Translations under genes and position numbers: made by a program
Shown here: positions 47,372 to 59,127 of the stretch, piece after piece
How the letters are laid out: each line of letters begins with the position of its first letter
Position numbering within the stretch: the stretch's first letter is position 1
Assembly (NCBI GenBank): GCA_963720465.1
Contig: OY970393.1
Location: forward strand, 1,152,001 to 1,216,000
Direction of reading: 5' to 3'
Source: Methanobacteriota archaeon
GTDB lineage: Archaea > Halobacteriota > Bog-38 > Methanoflorentales > Methanoflorentaceae
Length of the DNA stretch: 64,000 nt
Notes under the pieces: generated by a model
The model's input: only the letters and a program-made list of their open reading frames with translations
Database searches by the model: none
What the model was told of the DNA's origin: nothing

Positions 47372-49345
47372 CTAGCTAAGGATCGTACTGAAGTAGACCG
47401 GACTAACGTTGTAATATGCGTTTACTGACCCTGAATTGTAGATCAGCGATCCGGATGAGTTGACTAGTACGACAGAGCCATACGGTACAGTTTCACCGAC
47501 AACTCCCTCTACGCTCGGCTTTCCTGCCATCTCTGTTCGAATAACGAGGAGGTCGTTAGGAGTCGCGTTTAGCTGGTAGAACGTGACGAAGGTCGTGGTA
47601 GTTTTGTTGAAATAATACGTTGAGGCCGTTGTGTAATAGGCATCACTCACCAAGTGCCCTGAGCTTTTTTGCGTCAGCGTACCCATTGCTTGTAACTCTG
47701 AAGCAGTGAGCGAGGCCCGCAGCGTGTTCGGCGTTAAGATACGGTTATCGAGGTTTGCCGCAGGACTAAGGATGAGCAACAGGGCCAGACAAAAAACGAC
47801 AACTCCAAGGAACACTGGTCTCGTCCGGCTACCGCGCACGAGCTGAGCGAAAAGCAACAGCGTTAACGCCAAAGGTACCGCCAGGATCTCCTGTGCAAGA
47901 GCAAGCCATCTGTCAGATAACAAATAAAGGCCAGAAAACTGCGAAAATGCCAAAAAAGCTAATGGAAGTGCCATGAAAACGAAAACAAAAGTACGTGCAT
48001 TCCCAAATTTTTTCGATACAAGGTAGAAGCATCCCATCAACGATAGCGCGACAAACGAAGTGGAACCGACGAAATCGAATATCCGTTCCACCAATGATTG
48101 ATTCACAACAGTCGCGCTACTCGCTGCTTGCAACGGAGCTAGCTCAAGGTTCTGTAAATGTCCCACGAGCAGCGCCAAGCTCCCCGACCCATACGTCCAC
48201 CATAACAACATGGCGACGGCAAAAGTCGCGGCAATAGTAAAGGAGAGATATGTTTGCGCTTCGCGACCGTAAAACCTACGATAAAGCAGCGTTGCGAATA
48301 AACCTGAGAAAAGCACGAGGGTCATGGCGAGGGCAGAAAGCGTGTGCGCAAGGATCAAGGACCCCATTACGATAAGCAACAGGGCTAAGCTGCGAATCGG
48401 ATTCCGGCCCTTCAATTGGACTACGAGATAAATCCCGATCAGGAGATATGTAGCTCCGAGTGTGTTTGGTATGGTCCAGTATCCAAAATAGATTATGTTG
48501 TTCGCAATAACGAATAGCAATGCTCCGAGCAATCCCACTTTCTCACTAACCAACGACTTGCCGATGAGAAAAACAAACAGCGCGCCGACAACAACGAGCG
48601 AGAGCCCAACCGACAGCATGACAGACAGTTTGTAGTCGAGCGAGGACAGCAAGGACGTTGCCGCGACGTAAAGAGGGAACATCGGAAGGTTTGTATACTG
48701 AGAACCCGCAGCGATGTGACCCAGCAGAAGTGTCTGGGAGACGAACCATTGGTAATTCCACGGGTCGATCCCGACGACGTTCGGATAAATTAGGAGCTCG
48801 GACGCCTGTAGACTAAATCCAATGATCGCACTTTGAGCCAGAATTACTGATCTGCACGTCCAATTGGAGATCGATATCACGACCTCTGCCCCAACAGCAC
48901 TCGCCATCAACGCCGTGAAAATGAAGTATGCGATTGGACGGACGTAGACCTCCGGCCTGAGGTGTAATGAGAGGACTGAGCAGCCAAAGAAGAGGAAGAA
49001 AAACCCGCTGATGAGCCAAAAAAGCTTTTCGTTGCTCAGCCGTTCCACGTTTTTTAGTGTGTCTATATTGCGCACCCACAACCACTTTTCGTTGCTGAGT
49101 TCGACGTTCTTTAGAGTGTCTAGGTTGCGCACGCGCACCCAAATCGCGCATAAGGCAGCGACGAGCAAAGCTACCAAAATGACGTTCGGATTCCTAGTGT
49201 GTGAGACGAGCTCGTAAGCGAGCAACAAAGCAGAGAGGACGATTCCTGCGAGAGCAGCAACCTTGTCAACGTTGTCGGTGCAGAGTATACTTCCTGCGAG
49301 AGCAGCAACCTTGTTAACGTTGTTACTTAAGCGATTTCGTTTCAT
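47372..49345 (-). CDS. Large polytopic membrane protein (DUF2206-like; candidate GT-C/polysaccharide polymerase)
   Basis: Many TM segments, GIDPW loop, YTNLPMF, LAHTLS, C-terminal LIYNSG. Confidence 0.65.
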   Translation of the reverse strand: MKRNRLSNNVNKVAALAGSILCTDNVDKVAALAGIVLSALLLAYELVSHTRNPNVILVALLVAALCAIWVRVRNLDTLKNVELSNEKWLWVRNIDTLKNVERLSNEKLFWLISGFFFLFFGCSVLSLHLRPEVYVRPIAYFIFTALMASAVGAEVVISISNWTCRSVILAQSAIIGFSLQASELLIYPNVVGIDPWNYQWFVSQTLLLGHIAAGSQYTNLPMFPLYVAATSLLSSLDYKLSVMLSVGLSLVVVGALFVFLIGKSLVSEKVGLLGALLFVIANNIIYFGYWTIPNTLGATYLLIGIYLVVQLKGRNPIRSLALLLIVMGSLILAHTLSALAMTLVLFSGLFATLLYRRFYGREAQTYLSFTIAATFAVAMLLWWTYGSGSLALLVGHLQNLELAPLQAASSATVVNQSLVERIFDFVGSTSFVALSLMGCFYLVSKKFGNARTFVFVFMALPLAFLAFSQFSGLYLLSDRWLALAQEILAVPLALTLLLFAQLVRGSRTRPVFLGVVVFCLALLLILSPAANLDNRILTPNTLRASLTASELQAMGTLTQKSSGHLVSDAYYTTASTYYFNKTTTTFVTFYQLNATPNDLLVIRTEMAGKPSVEGVVGETVPYGSVVLVNSSGSLIYNSGSVNAYYNVSPVYFSTILS

Positions 49346-49660
49346 GGCCCGTGCATATCATTTCCAGCGTGGCGGTGCTTAGGCAAATCGGCAGCTGGCA
49401 AAAAAGATGTAAAGCAACGGCGTTCGCTGTTCTTTCTCCATCCATTGTCGAAAGCCCCACTTCCTGCCATTTCAACAGCGTATATCTGTTGGATAAAACG
49501 AGACAGTGCCCTTTGGATGTTGTCCTTATATCAAGCTTCGTATTAAACCATTAAGCGCGTCCTCCCTCCCTTTTCGATGCTCCGGCCATCCTGGCTGCGT
49601 GCGTAAGGCGCCGAATCCGCTCAGCTATAAATATGGCGGGGAGGTACAAGAGATCACCAC

Positions 49661-51391
49661 ATGTACGCCGTGTTACAGATAGATGATGGGGCCCTTATTG
49701 ACGTTCGGGACTTCGAGCACGTGGTCAGCAGCGACCGTCGGACGTTCTATTTTGATGGGACGATCGATGGATTTATTCGAAGCGACTACGCGGTTGAGCA
49801 CAGCGTTGATGCGCCCGCACTGATTAGCGAGCTTCCCAAGTGCTTGGCGAGAATTAGCGGCCAGTACGCCGGCGTTTCTATCAAAGACGGTGCGCTGGAA
49901 TTCGCTTCCAGTGATATCGGGGCCAAGCAAGAGCTATACTATGCGACGACCGATTCTGAGCTCATTATCTCAACAAATTTCTTCGACCTCGCAAAAACGG
50001 TCGGACAGCTTGAATATGACTCTATGGAGCTACCCTATTTTCTCGCTGGCGGCTACTGTCGTCACGGGAAAACGACCTTCAAGGGGATATACCAGTTGCC
50101 ACCGGGCGAAACGCTACGTCACAGTCCACAGGGCTCGATTGTTACGGAGAGCTATTTAGATGATTTCAGCGGGATCAAAGTGACGTTTGGCGTTTTCAAG
50201 AACGCGATTCTGCAGGCGATCCGTACCGCTATCCAACAGGACCCCGCCTTCGACGAGGTTGTCATGTTGTCAGGCGGCGTCGATTCTTCAGTCTTGTGCG
50301 CCTTGATCAAAAAAGTCAAGGATGTGTCCGCCGTAACCTACCGCTTTGTCCCCGCCATTTCTTGGAATCGTGCAGACGAAATCAAGTCCGAAAAAATGGC
50401 AAAAAAAATACAGGTGAAGCACGAGATAGTAGACGTCAATTTAGACGATATCAACCTCGATTACCTAGACGATGTGATAATTTCAATGCCCTTCGCGGCA
50501 CATCTTGGCGTCAATTACAAAAAGATCTTCAGTTTCGAATCTTCGGTGAATCGGAAGCGCCGGCTGTGGTGCGGACAGGACGTGGACAGCTTATACAATT
50601 ATGCTGAGACGGCACCCCTTGCAATAGCTTCACGTTTCATGTTTTCTGACACGTACGCGAGAATGCTGCGAGGTATTAATGGCTATGCAAAGTACGGATC
50701 GGCTAAGCAAGCGCTTGACCTAGTTCTCACGTCTCTGTTTCGCAGCAAGTACAGACGGCGTTTTGAAACACCTGCGTCGTTTGATGAGCTTCTGCTCGGA
50801 GTTGCGCGATCGAGGGACAAATACCCTCCCGCCTTGCGGCCCGTCGGCGAGGAGACTGAAGCTCAAAATGGTAGGGTCGACACACGTGAGCCTATCACTG
50901 TCCCTGAAATACGAAAACGCTTGGTTGATGAAATGCTCAAGACCAACCTCTCTGACGGTACACATTACATTCAGTTACAAGCGCAAAGGCTCTTCCACTT
51001 GAACAACATTTTGCTCTATTCAACCCCGAGCGTCGTTCATTTGTTTCGGCAGCTGCGATTGTCTTTGCTCGACGTGGCTTTCAGCAAGCGCCTCTTGTAT
51101 CGATACGCGCGAGAGCTCGGCTTGCCAAAAAGCGATTTTCGGTCAGTTGACTACTCTCCAAAACCGGCGCAGAGGCCGCAAGACTGGTTGGAGGTATTTG
51201 AATCGACCACTTTCGGAGGAGAACTGAGAGAGCGCGCATCGAAGTTGGCACATCAAATGGACCTCAAATGGACCCCGTCAGGAGCGAGCACCTGGGATGA
51301 GGCAGCAAGGCTCTTGTGGCTAAACAACGTCTGGTTGAAGTTGACAGAAGGCGGCGTAGATCTGAAGTGGCCCACCTTCGGGACGCGATAA
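49661..51391 (+). CDS. Asparagine-synthetase-like ATP-dependent amide ligase
   Basis: GQYAGV, TTFKGIYQLPPGE, PP-loop MLSGGVDSS, CGQDVDSLY; lacks the N-terminal Cys; TATAAATA upstream. Confidence 0.8.
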   Translation: MYAVLQIDDGALIDVRDFEHVVSSDRRTFYFDGTIDGFIRSDYAVEHSVDAPALISELPKCLARISGQYAGVSIKDGALEFASSDIGAKQELYYATTDSELIISTNFFDLAKTVGQLEYDSMELPYFLAGGYCRHGKTTFKGIYQLPPGETLRHSPQGSIVTESYLDDFSGIKVTFGVFKNAILQAIRTAIQQDPAFDEVVMLSGGVDSSVLCALIKKVKDVSAVTYRFVPAISWNRADEIKSEKMAKKIQVKHEIVDVNLDDINLDYLDDVIISMPFAAHLGVNYKKIFSFESSVNRKRRLWCGQDVDSLYNYAETAPLAIASRFMFSDTYARMLRGINGYAKYGSAKQALDLVLTSLFRSKYRRRFETPASFDELLLGVARSRDKYPPALRPVGEETEAQNGRVDTREPITVPEIRKRLVDEMLKTNLSDGTHYIQLQAQRLFHLNNILLYSTPSVVHLFRQLRLSLLDVAFSKRLLYRYARELGLPKSDFRSVDYSPKPAQRPQDWLEVFESTTFGGELRERASKLAHQMDLKWTPSGASTWDEAARLLWLNNVWLKLTEGGVDLKWPTFGTR

Positions 51392-51751
51392 CTAGAAGGA
51401 ACAAGGTCCGACGTATTCACTTCGTCGGACGGCACGTAAAAGGCGGAAATGAAGTTTATCGTAGTTTTTGTAAAGCCGATAAACGCGGCAATGCAAGCGT
51501 TTCTTTGGGCCGTTGTACGTGAGTCGCATTAAGATGAGATCACGGTTTTATCTGACAATGCTATATTGACATTATGGAATAGAAGCACGTAGCCGCTGTA
51601 TCCCTAGCGTCGGCAGGGCCAAATTGTATACAAAACTGTCTCACTTGTCCACTTTTTTTGTTGTACCCTTTGTTTCTAGAGATACGTCCTAGTTGATTCT
51701 GGTATCAAATCTGCTGGAGCGCACCGCTCCATTTTTCCTATCCCAAACAAC

Positions 51752-52525
51752 CTAGTCTTGGTCACCGCGCGCTAAAACCAGCAAGTTAAAATGAGGGAAA
51801 ATTGCGGCAGCCAAACCAGGGTCGAACCGGAACATATTCTTTCGAATCTGAAAAATCATTCTTGCCTCAAATCCCCGCAAAGTATTTTGCCGGATTTCAT
51901 CGTCAAACGTGTAAAAATAATCAACAACTTCATAACCAAGATTGGCGAGTGTAGCCAGCGCAGTTTCCTTCGAGAAATAATGCAAATGCCCGTATCTCTT
52001 CCGCATGTAAAGCATGTAATTCGATTTGCTCAGGATAGTCCGCGCGCACATATCTAATGGAATGTGAAAAATCACCCATTTCGTTTTTTTTCGTAGTGCA
52101 TCCAGAAAACCAAGATAATCGGGAACATGCTCAAATACATCTAACAAAAGTACAAGGTCTGCTGAAGCCACCTTAGCCTTTAGAAAATCGTCGTTATAGA
52201 ATTTCAGGTTGGCATCCTCCTTCGATCTTGCAATTTCAATGGCCTGCGGAGAGATGTCAAAACCAGCTAATGCTACATCACGATTGATTTCTTTTTGCAA
52301 TTCAACCAAGATTTGGCCAGCACCACATCCGATATCATAGATGGACTCACAAGTCAGGTGATTTTTTTCCATCATCTGCAATACTTTGGAGGCCTTCCAA
52401 GGTGAATCGCCGACATGACAATCTTGAACCTTCTCTAGGTATGTTCCGTCTGCGTACTGCGCGGCAGAAACTCTAAAATCAGTGAGCTCTATTTGTACAC
52501 CGCGGCCGCTTCGTCGGTCCGCCAT
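51752..52525 (-). CDS. Class I SAM-dependent methyltransferase
   Basis: YDIGCGAG, GFDISPQA, DVFEHVPD, GHLHYF. Confidence 0.88.
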   Translation of the reverse strand: MADRRSGRGVQIELTDFRVSAAQYADGTYLEKVQDCHVGDSPWKASKVLQMMEKNHLTCESIYDIGCGAGQILVELQKEINRDVALAGFDISPQAIEIARSKEDANLKFYNDDFLKAKVASADLVLLLDVFEHVPDYLGFLDALRKKTKWVIFHIPLDMCARTILSKSNYMLYMRKRYGHLHYFSKETALATLANLGYEVVDYFYTFDDEIRQNTLRGFEARMIFQIRKNMFRFDPGLAAAIFPHFNLLVLARGDQD

Positions 52526-52955
52526 ACGCCATCCCCCCCGGGAAACGTTAACAGATAATAGCACGCTGGCGCAATTTAAAGGTTATCTTTTCTCGAAGCG
52601 TTATCCGTACACTCTCAATTGTAGTCAATTTTATTCGATCGATCGGAGCGGATACAGGCCGCTCCAAGCAAAAAAATACCAATTTTTTTAACCCGAAGAT
52701 TATATAACTTAACTTCTTATAACGCCCGTTATTCGCTTCATTTTTTTATTTAAACCGCGTTAATGACCCTTAGAGAGATGCTTTCTTTTTCCAACCTATA
52801 CGCTGGATTTCCATGTCTCTCTTGCATCAGAAATCGGAACGCATAAGAAGTCGCCTATGTGCCACCACGCCTCCAGGCATCTCTCTGGCCGTGAGTTTCT
52901 TCTTTTTCGGCTTAGTGAGGCCAACAAACAGCGCGGCCCATTTGATCAACGAGGC

Positions 52956-54110
52956 TCAGCGCAAGGTGCCTTCCTGGACTGACAAGGCCCGCGCCCACGC
53001 TTCAACGGCACGTTCATAACGAAAATCTCTCTCGACCACTGTCCGCGCATTTCTGGCAGTTTCGCTAAGACGCGGATAGGACAAGCTCTCGTTGATACCC
53101 TCTGCAATGCCTTCCGGTGAATTATCGCGAATCAAGAAACCGGTCTCTTTATCCTCTATTACGTATGGCACTGCGCCGACAGGCGTGGCAAGAACGGGCG
53201 TCCCGCACGCCATGGCTTCCAGCACGACGTTCGGAAGCCCTTCCGTGTACGAGGGGAGCACGAGCAGTTTCAGTTTCGCAAGATACAAGGGAATTTCCGC
53301 GTGAGGGACCCACGTCTTGAGGGTCACCTTGCTGCGCAGAGGCTCACGATCCACCAACGTTCGAATTTCATCCTCGAGGTTGCCTTCGCCGATAATGAGA
53401 GCCCGTAGGTCAGGCCGCGTCTCGAGCGCTTTTGGCAATGCTTCGACAAAGTTGAGTACGCCCTTTTCTGCGTCTAACCGACCGAAATACCCCACGACCG
53501 GAGCTCTCTCTTGAAGATCGTTTTTGAAAATAAATTCGTCAAAGTTGAGAAAATGCCGATCAGCGATCACGACTTTCTTGTTGTAGGGTTCCAAATTCCA
53601 TTCTGCGGCCAAGTCAGCATATAGGATGATCCGATCCGAAAAACGCAAGTTAGCTTCTTGTAGGATTGCAATGACGCGTGGGAAGCTAGACGTCGCGGCA
53701 GAAATCTCGCAAGACGATCCGGAAAGCGCTACGAGCAATATTCTACCTAATGCTTTTGCCGCAAGCCCTGCGAGGGGCAAGCAATCTGCACCTATAAAGA
53801 ACACCCACACGTCGACCCGCTTTCCCACCTTCGCGAGCAGACGGGCGGCTTGCATTTGCATCTTGATATATCTGAAGATCTGTTGCGCTAGATGACCGCG
53901 GGGTTCGGTCGACCAAGATTCGCGAAATTCGCAGATTCGCACCCGTTTGTCGTTCTTGAAGCGATCATATGCATTTTTTCCTGTAATGAGGTAGATATCG
54001 CGGGCATTTGGGTATATAACGTCTATCAGGTTAGATAAGGGGGGAATTCCTGCTGCGGCCAGAGATGCGGTGAGAATCCCGACGCAGAGTTTTTCTCGAT
54101 GTTCATCCAT
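52956..54110 (-). CDS. Glycosyltransferase family 4
   Basis: GRLDAEKG, LPSYTEGLPNVVLEAMACGTPV; TTATATAA about 30 bp before MDEHREK. Confidence 0.92.
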   Translation of the reverse strand: MDEHREKLCVGILTASLAAAGIPPLSNLIDVIYPNARDIYLITGKNAYDRFKNDKRVRICEFRESWSTEPRGHLAQQIFRYIKMQMQAARLLAKVGKRVDVWVFFIGADCLPLAGLAAKALGRILLVALSGSSCEISAATSSFPRVIAILQEANLRFSDRIILYADLAAEWNLEPYNKKVVIADRHFLNFDEFIFKNDLQERAPVVGYFGRLDAEKGVLNFVEALPKALETRPDLRALIIGEGNLEDEIRTLVDREPLRSKVTLKTWVPHAEIPLYLAKLKLLVLPSYTEGLPNVVLEAMACGTPVLATPVGAVPYVIEDKETGFLIRDNSPEGIAEGINESLSYPRLSETARNARTVVERDFRYERAVEAWARALSVQEGTLR

Positions 54111-54465
54111 GGTTTCGAGGATGATTTCACGCGCATTTATATAAGCCCATGGCTTTGCGGCGGGTCTAAGAAGGCTACTTTCCTGAATCGAGAGGCTGGT
54201 AGCTTCGCATGCTAGGACCAATTCTTGCATACTATTTGGTCAACGGTATTGCCGCCATCCAGCGAAATTTGGCAACGTACCCATCTATTAGGTTTTGGAC
54301 TCGATCTGCCTATTGATAACCGTGGGATGCAGAGCTGGCACTCAAATCTTTCCTTGACGCCGTTAGCAAGAAAAGATGTGCTCGCTCTACATAGTGACCA
54401 ACTCCAAAACGTTGCAGCTGCGAGGTAATGAGTACGAGCTATCGAGAGTAACCATTCCTTTTTTA

Positions 54466-55386
54466 TTAGACGCACAATCGTGAATTTTGGTTATTCAAAT
54501 CGAGTAGATCTAAGATATTGCTATCTATTTCCGTGTCAAATTTTCTCGCAAAAAATTTTTCCGAGTTTAAAATGCCGTTGATATTTTTAGTGCGGAGTAT
54601 TTGCGGACCGGGCCAAACAAGGTATCTGAGATTATCATTAACAATTTGAGATTTAAAAGGAGAATTTAGAAGGATTGTCTGAAAAAAATGCTCATCAGGA
54701 ATGAGAACCGTTGAAAAAAGTTTGATATAATCAGGATTATTTTTTATAAAATCCAAAATATATTTAACGTGACCTTTATACAAGCAAAACCACATAGATC
54801 CAACGTATAAATCAAAAGAGCGCAACATTTTTTTATTTAGTCGAGGAATTTTAATAAATAGGGTGGTGTCCTTCCTTAAATTCCTCAATCCTTGTAGAAA
54901 TTCAATTGGGCCCCAATTGGGAATGGGATAATAACAATATTCAAATCTGTAATGAAATCGTGTCGTGGGCGGGCAATAAATTTTCTTATCCTTTTCATAC
55001 TCAGTATAGCCAAGCATTTTGTGAAAATCAACATAAGAGCAGCTACTTTTTGAAAGCACCTCTTTAATCGATCTCGTCGATTTAATGGGGTAACATTGTC
55101 CACTTAAATTGATAAAATAGGAATAATTAGAACTCTTAAAATGCTCCATGGCATCGATGGTCGCTTTTACCAGACCAAATGTGCCCCACGCATTAGAATG
55201 TCTAAATATAAAGGAAACGTTGCTTTTTTCAAATGATTTCAGATAGTCCATCCACTCTGCACGTTTCTTATCGGAATCAACTCCAAAAATGTTGATGTAA
55301 TAAAGATCCTCTGGAGAATATATTGCATGCATCAATCTACTAACTTGTTCAGGGTTTTTGTGAACTGACACATCGTATGCAATCAT
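54466..55386 (-). CDS. Core-2/I-branching beta-1,6-N-acetylglucosaminyltransferase family (GT14)
   Basis: IAY...HK, WGTFGLVKAT, INLSGQCYPIK, GSMWF, PDEHFFQT, NDNLRY, FFARKF; visibly AT-rich. Confidence 0.9.
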   Translation of the reverse strand: MIAYDVSVHKNPEQVSRLMHAIYSPEDLYYINIFGVDSDKKRAEWMDYLKSFEKSNVSFIFRHSNAWGTFGLVKATIDAMEHFKSSNYSYFINLSGQCYPIKSTRSIKEVLSKSSCSYVDFHKMLGYTEYEKDKKIYCPPTTRFHYRFEYCYYPIPNWGPIEFLQGLRNLRKDTTLFIKIPRLNKKMLRSFDLYVGSMWFCLYKGHVKYILDFIKNNPDYIKLFSTVLIPDEHFFQTILLNSPFKSQIVNDNLRYLVWPGPQILRTKNINGILNSEKFFARKFDTEIDSNILDLLDLNNQNSRLCV

Positions 55387-55944
55387 CGATTCGAATTAAT
55401 TTTTATGACTATTTAATGACCTCGATTCAAGGCAAAAAAACTATCAAAAAATGGTTTTTGGCTCTGTAGAGTTTCTCAACGATAACCGAAACGGGGAATC
55501 TTTCATTAATCTTGAGAGGTCTTAGTAGATCGCTTCGCAAGCGATTGCTCTGACGTGGATTGGGTATGTCGACATTTGTAAGACCCCCCCGCCCGGCTCT
55601 CCAGAATTCTTCAACCATAACTAGTCGAAAACCTATTTCATCAAGGTTTCAGACCTTACTTCATCTTCGTAAAGCGCCGTGACATGGCTCAGACGTCAGT
55701 CGACGTTCGATGCGCGGAATGTCTCAAGATCCACTACCTTCCGCTGTGCAGATGATATCTTATAGGAGTTCCTCTGGTACCTCAAAAGAAGGTTGCCAAG
55801 CAATTAAGCATGAATTCTTGACTGGCTTGAGCAGCAAGTCATGCGTCAAGCTTGCGAAAGAGCGTTGATGTGACCGTATATCCCAGGAGCGTGAAGGTCT
55901 GGTTGACGGCGGGGGTGGGGTTCTGCAAAGGAAGATTCCGTGGG

Positions 55945-58900
55945 TTAGGAGGCGCTGACTGTCTCTCTGACGGCAGCAGCAGAGGTTCCGTAGCCCGTGT
56001 CGCCGTAGAACGTCGCTTGGAGGAGGTAGCTACCCTGGGCAGGGATGCTGACGGTGAGGGAGTAAGAACCGTTGGCGGTGGTGGTGGCGGTGCCGATGGT
56101 GGTCCACTGTTTAGCGGAGTTCTCGCTGAAGAGGACGATCAGTTCGTTGGAGATGGCGGTGCCGTTGGCGATTAGGGTGCCGGAGACGGTGAAGGATTGG
56201 TTGACCGCTGGGTTGGCGTTTGAGGTGGTGACTGTGAGGGTGGTAGGTATAACGGTGCCGACAAGCACTTGACACGACGCGTATGAGGTGGCGTAGGTGG
56301 TGTCAGGTTGTGAATTGGTCTGATAGAGGTAGAGGCCCGGGGAGGCTTCGCTGCGGGTGAAGCTGTAGTAGCCGTTGGCGGTGGTCGTGGTGGTCCCGAG
56401 GTTGGACCACGCGCCTGTCGGATCTTTCCTGAGGAGGGTGATCTGCTTTCCGGAGAGGGAGGTGCCGTTGGCGGTGAGGGTGCCGGAGACGGTGAACGAT
56501 TGATTGACGGCGGGGTTGGCGTTTGAGGTGGTGGCAGTGAGGGTCGTCGGCTGGAGCGTGCCGACGGTCATGTTCAGTCCGGCGGTCGAAATGGCGTAAT
56601 CGAGATATGATTCTGACGCGACCATGTAGGAGTACTCCCCTGATAGTGGTTCGCTCCACACGAAGGAGTAGGAACCGTTCGTGCCGGTGAGCCTCGCGGC
56701 TTCCCACACCATCGGCTCACCGGAGACCTGCCTCCACAGGTCTATCTGTGCGCCTGAGACGGGATTGCCGTTTGTGTCGGTGAGGTAGCCGGAGAGCGTG
56801 AAGTTCTGGGTGGGGGCGGGGTTGGTGTTTGAGGTGTTGAGTGAGAGTGACGTTTGCGTGACGGTGCCGATGTTTTCGGTCTGTCCTGCATACGCCGCTC
56901 GGTAGTTTGCGTCACCTCCGAAGTGCGTTTCATACCAATACTGACCTGCAGATGGTTCGCTTACGGTAAAGGTGTAAAAGCCGGTCGCATTGGTGACGTA
57001 GCTCCCTATCTGAGGCCATTCGCCTCCTGGCGTCGTCGGCATCCGACAGAGCAGGGTGATCTGCTCGTTAGGGATGCCGGTCCCGTTAGCGTCCAGCAGG
57101 TAGCCATAGAGCGTGAAGTTCTGGGTGGGGGCGGGGTTGGCGTTGGTCGTGTATAGAGAGTTGGTGACGTTTTGCACATCGCCGATGGTCACGGCGGTCC
57201 ACCCGTTCAGATTTTGACACCCTGTGTAGTTTTGATCGCCGCTGAAGACGCCCCAGTAAAAGTACGCGCCTTGCGAGGATTCGCTGCGTGTGAAGCTATA
57301 TGAACCATTTACAGCGGTCGTGGTGGTAGCCAACGCCGTCTGCTGTCCCGCGGGATTCTCGCTGTAGAGGGTGATTTGTTCGCTGGCGAGGGGGGTGCCG
57401 TTGCTGTCGGTTAAAACTCCATATAAGGCGAAGGGCTGACCAACGGGCTCCGCTCCACTCGTATCAGGCTGACCGGTCGTTGAGTTTGTAATAAACATGC
57501 TGAGTTTCGTTGACTGATACGTGCCGACGAGAAGCGCGTGATACACTGTGGCAGAGGCAGCGGAGGCAGCGTAGCTGGAGTCGCCGTAGAAGGTTGCCTG
57601 GAGGATGTAGCTACCCTGGGTAGGGATGCTGACGGTGAACGAGTAGGAACCGTTGGTAGCGGTCGTGGTGGTGCCAAGGTTGGCCCACTGATTGGCAGAA
57701 TTCTCACTGAGGAGGGTGATCTGTTCGTTGGGGACGGCGCTGCCGTTCGCGGTGAGGGTGCCGGAGACAGTGAAGGATTGCTTAACGGCGGGGTTCTGGT
57801 TGTCCGTGCTAGCAGTCAGGGTGGTAGGCTGAAGGGTGCCGATTGTCTCTCTAACGGACGCAGCGGAGGCTTCATAGCTGGTGTCGCCGTAGAACGTCGC
57901 CTGGAGGAGGTAGGTGTCCTGGGTCAGGATGCTGACGGTGAAGGAGTAGGAACCGTTGGCGGTGGTGGTCACTGTGCCAAGGTTGGTCCACTGCTTGGCG
58001 GAGTTCTCACTGAGGAGGGTGATCTGTTCGTTGGGGACGGCGCTGCCGTTCGCGGTGAGGGTGCCGGAGACAGTGAAGGATTGCTTAACGGCGGGGTTGG
58101 CGTTTGAGGTGGTGGCAGTGAGGGTGGTGGGTGCCGGGGTTGCCGTTGGGGTTGGTGTTGGGGTTGCTGTTGGGTCTGCAGTCGGGGTTGGTGTTGGAGT
58201 TGGAGTTGGTGTTGGGGTTGCTGTTGGGTCTGCAGTCGGGGTTGGTGTTGGAGTTGGAGTTGCCGTTGGGGTTGGAGTTGCGGTTGGTGTTGGTGTTGGG
58301 GTTGGAGTTGCCGTTGGGGTTGGAGTTGCCGTTGGGGTTGGTGTTGGGGTTGGAGTTGCCGTTGGGGTTGGTGTTGGGGTTGGTGTTGGAGTTGGGGTGG
58401 GATCAACCGCAGCGACGGTGACGATGGCGGTCGGGCTTGTTGCGCTCGCGTAGGAGGAGCTGCCCGCGTAGGTGATGCGGTATTGGTAGGCAGCGGCGGT
58501 GGTTTCGGTCCGGCTGAAGGAGTAGGTGCCTGTGGTGGCAGTCTGCGACGCGGTGGTGGTCCAGGTGGTGCCACTGAGGCGCTGCAACGAGACGGTCTGC
58601 TTGGTGAGCGCGGCGCCGCTGGCGGTGAGCTGCCCGGTGATCGAGAAGGACTGCTTGACCTGGGCTGATGAGGGTGCAGAGATGGTGAGGGTGGTGGAGA
58701 CCGTGGCGGGCTTGACGGTGACGGTTGCGGTCGGGCTTGTTGAGCTCGCGTAGGTGGTGCTGCCCGCGGAGGTAGTGCGGTACTTGTAGGTGTTGGCGGT
58801 AGTTTCGGTCCGGCTGAAGGAGTAGGTGCCAGTGACGGTCTGTGAGGCGATGATGGTCCAGGTGTTGCCGTTGAGGCGTTGCAACGATACGGTCTGTCTA

Positions 58901-59127
58901 GCAGACGCAGCGCCATTGGCGCCGAGCTGCCCGGTGATCGAGAAGGACTGCTTGACCTGGGCTGATGAGGGTGCAGAGATGGTGAGGGTGGTGGAGATCT
59001 TTGCAGGCGTGGCCTTAATAATGCTGAAAGGTCTTGCCTCTACCATAACGTTAGCGTTACAGAACAACAATGCACAAATCACAAGCACGACTGCGACAAT
59101 AATCACTCCTCTCTTTTCTCCAAACAT
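55945..59127 (-). CDS. Large secreted all-Ig-repeat surface protein with Pro/Thr linker
   Basis: GGTGAGGAGG RBS, signal peptide, 2 modules + about 90-aa PT linker + about 7 modules; no C-terminal TM. Confidence 0.85.
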   Translation of the reverse strand: MFGEKRGVIIVAVVLVICALLFCNANVMVEARPFSIIKATPAKISTTLTISAPSSAQVKQSFSITGQLGANGAASARQTVSLQRLNGNTWTIIASQTVTGTYSFSRTETTANTYKYRTTSAGSTTYASSTSPTATVTVKPATVSTTLTISAPSSAQVKQSFSITGQLTASGAALTKQTVSLQRLSGTTWTTTASQTATTGTYSFSRTETTAAAYQYRITYAGSSSYASATSPTAIVTVAAVDPTPTPTPTPTPTPTATPTPTPTPTATPTPTATPTPTPTPTATPTPTATPTPTPTPTADPTATPTPTPTPTPTPTADPTATPTPTPTATPAPTTLTATTSNANPAVKQSFTVSGTLTANGSAVPNEQITLLSENSAKQWTNLGTVTTTANGSYSFTVSILTQDTYLLQATFYGDTSYEASAASVRETIGTLQPTTLTASTDNQNPAVKQSFTVSGTLTANGSAVPNEQITLLSENSANQWANLGTTTTATNGSYSFTVSIPTQGSYILQATFYGDSSYAASAASATVYHALLVGTYQSTKLSMFITNSTTGQPDTSGAEPVGQPFALYGVLTDSNGTPLASEQITLYSENPAGQQTALATTTTAVNGSYSFTRSESSQGAYFYWGVFSGDQNYTGCQNLNGWTAVTIGDVQNVTNSLYTTNANPAPTQNFTLYGYLLDANGTGIPNEQITLLCRMPTTPGGEWPQIGSYVTNATGFYTFTVSEPSAGQYWYETHFGGDANYRAAYAGQTENIGTVTQTSLSLNTSNTNPAPTQNFTLSGYLTDTNGNPVSGAQIDLWRQVSGEPMVWEAARLTGTNGSYSFVWSEPLSGEYSYMVASESYLDYAISTAGLNMTVGTLQPTTLTATTSNANPAVNQSFTVSGTLTANGTSLSGKQITLLRKDPTGAWSNLGTTTTTANGYYSFTRSEASPGLYLYQTNSQPDTTYATSYASCQVLVGTVIPTTLTVTTSNANPAVNQSFTVSGTLIANGTAISNELIVLFSENSAKQWTTIGTATTTANGSYSLTVSIPAQGSYLLQATFYGDTGYGTSAAAVRETVSAS
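58135..58402 (-). repeat. Low-complexity (Pro-Thr)n coding repeat
   Basis: gttggggttggtgttggagtt runs encoding PTPTPTATP. Confidence 0.95.
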
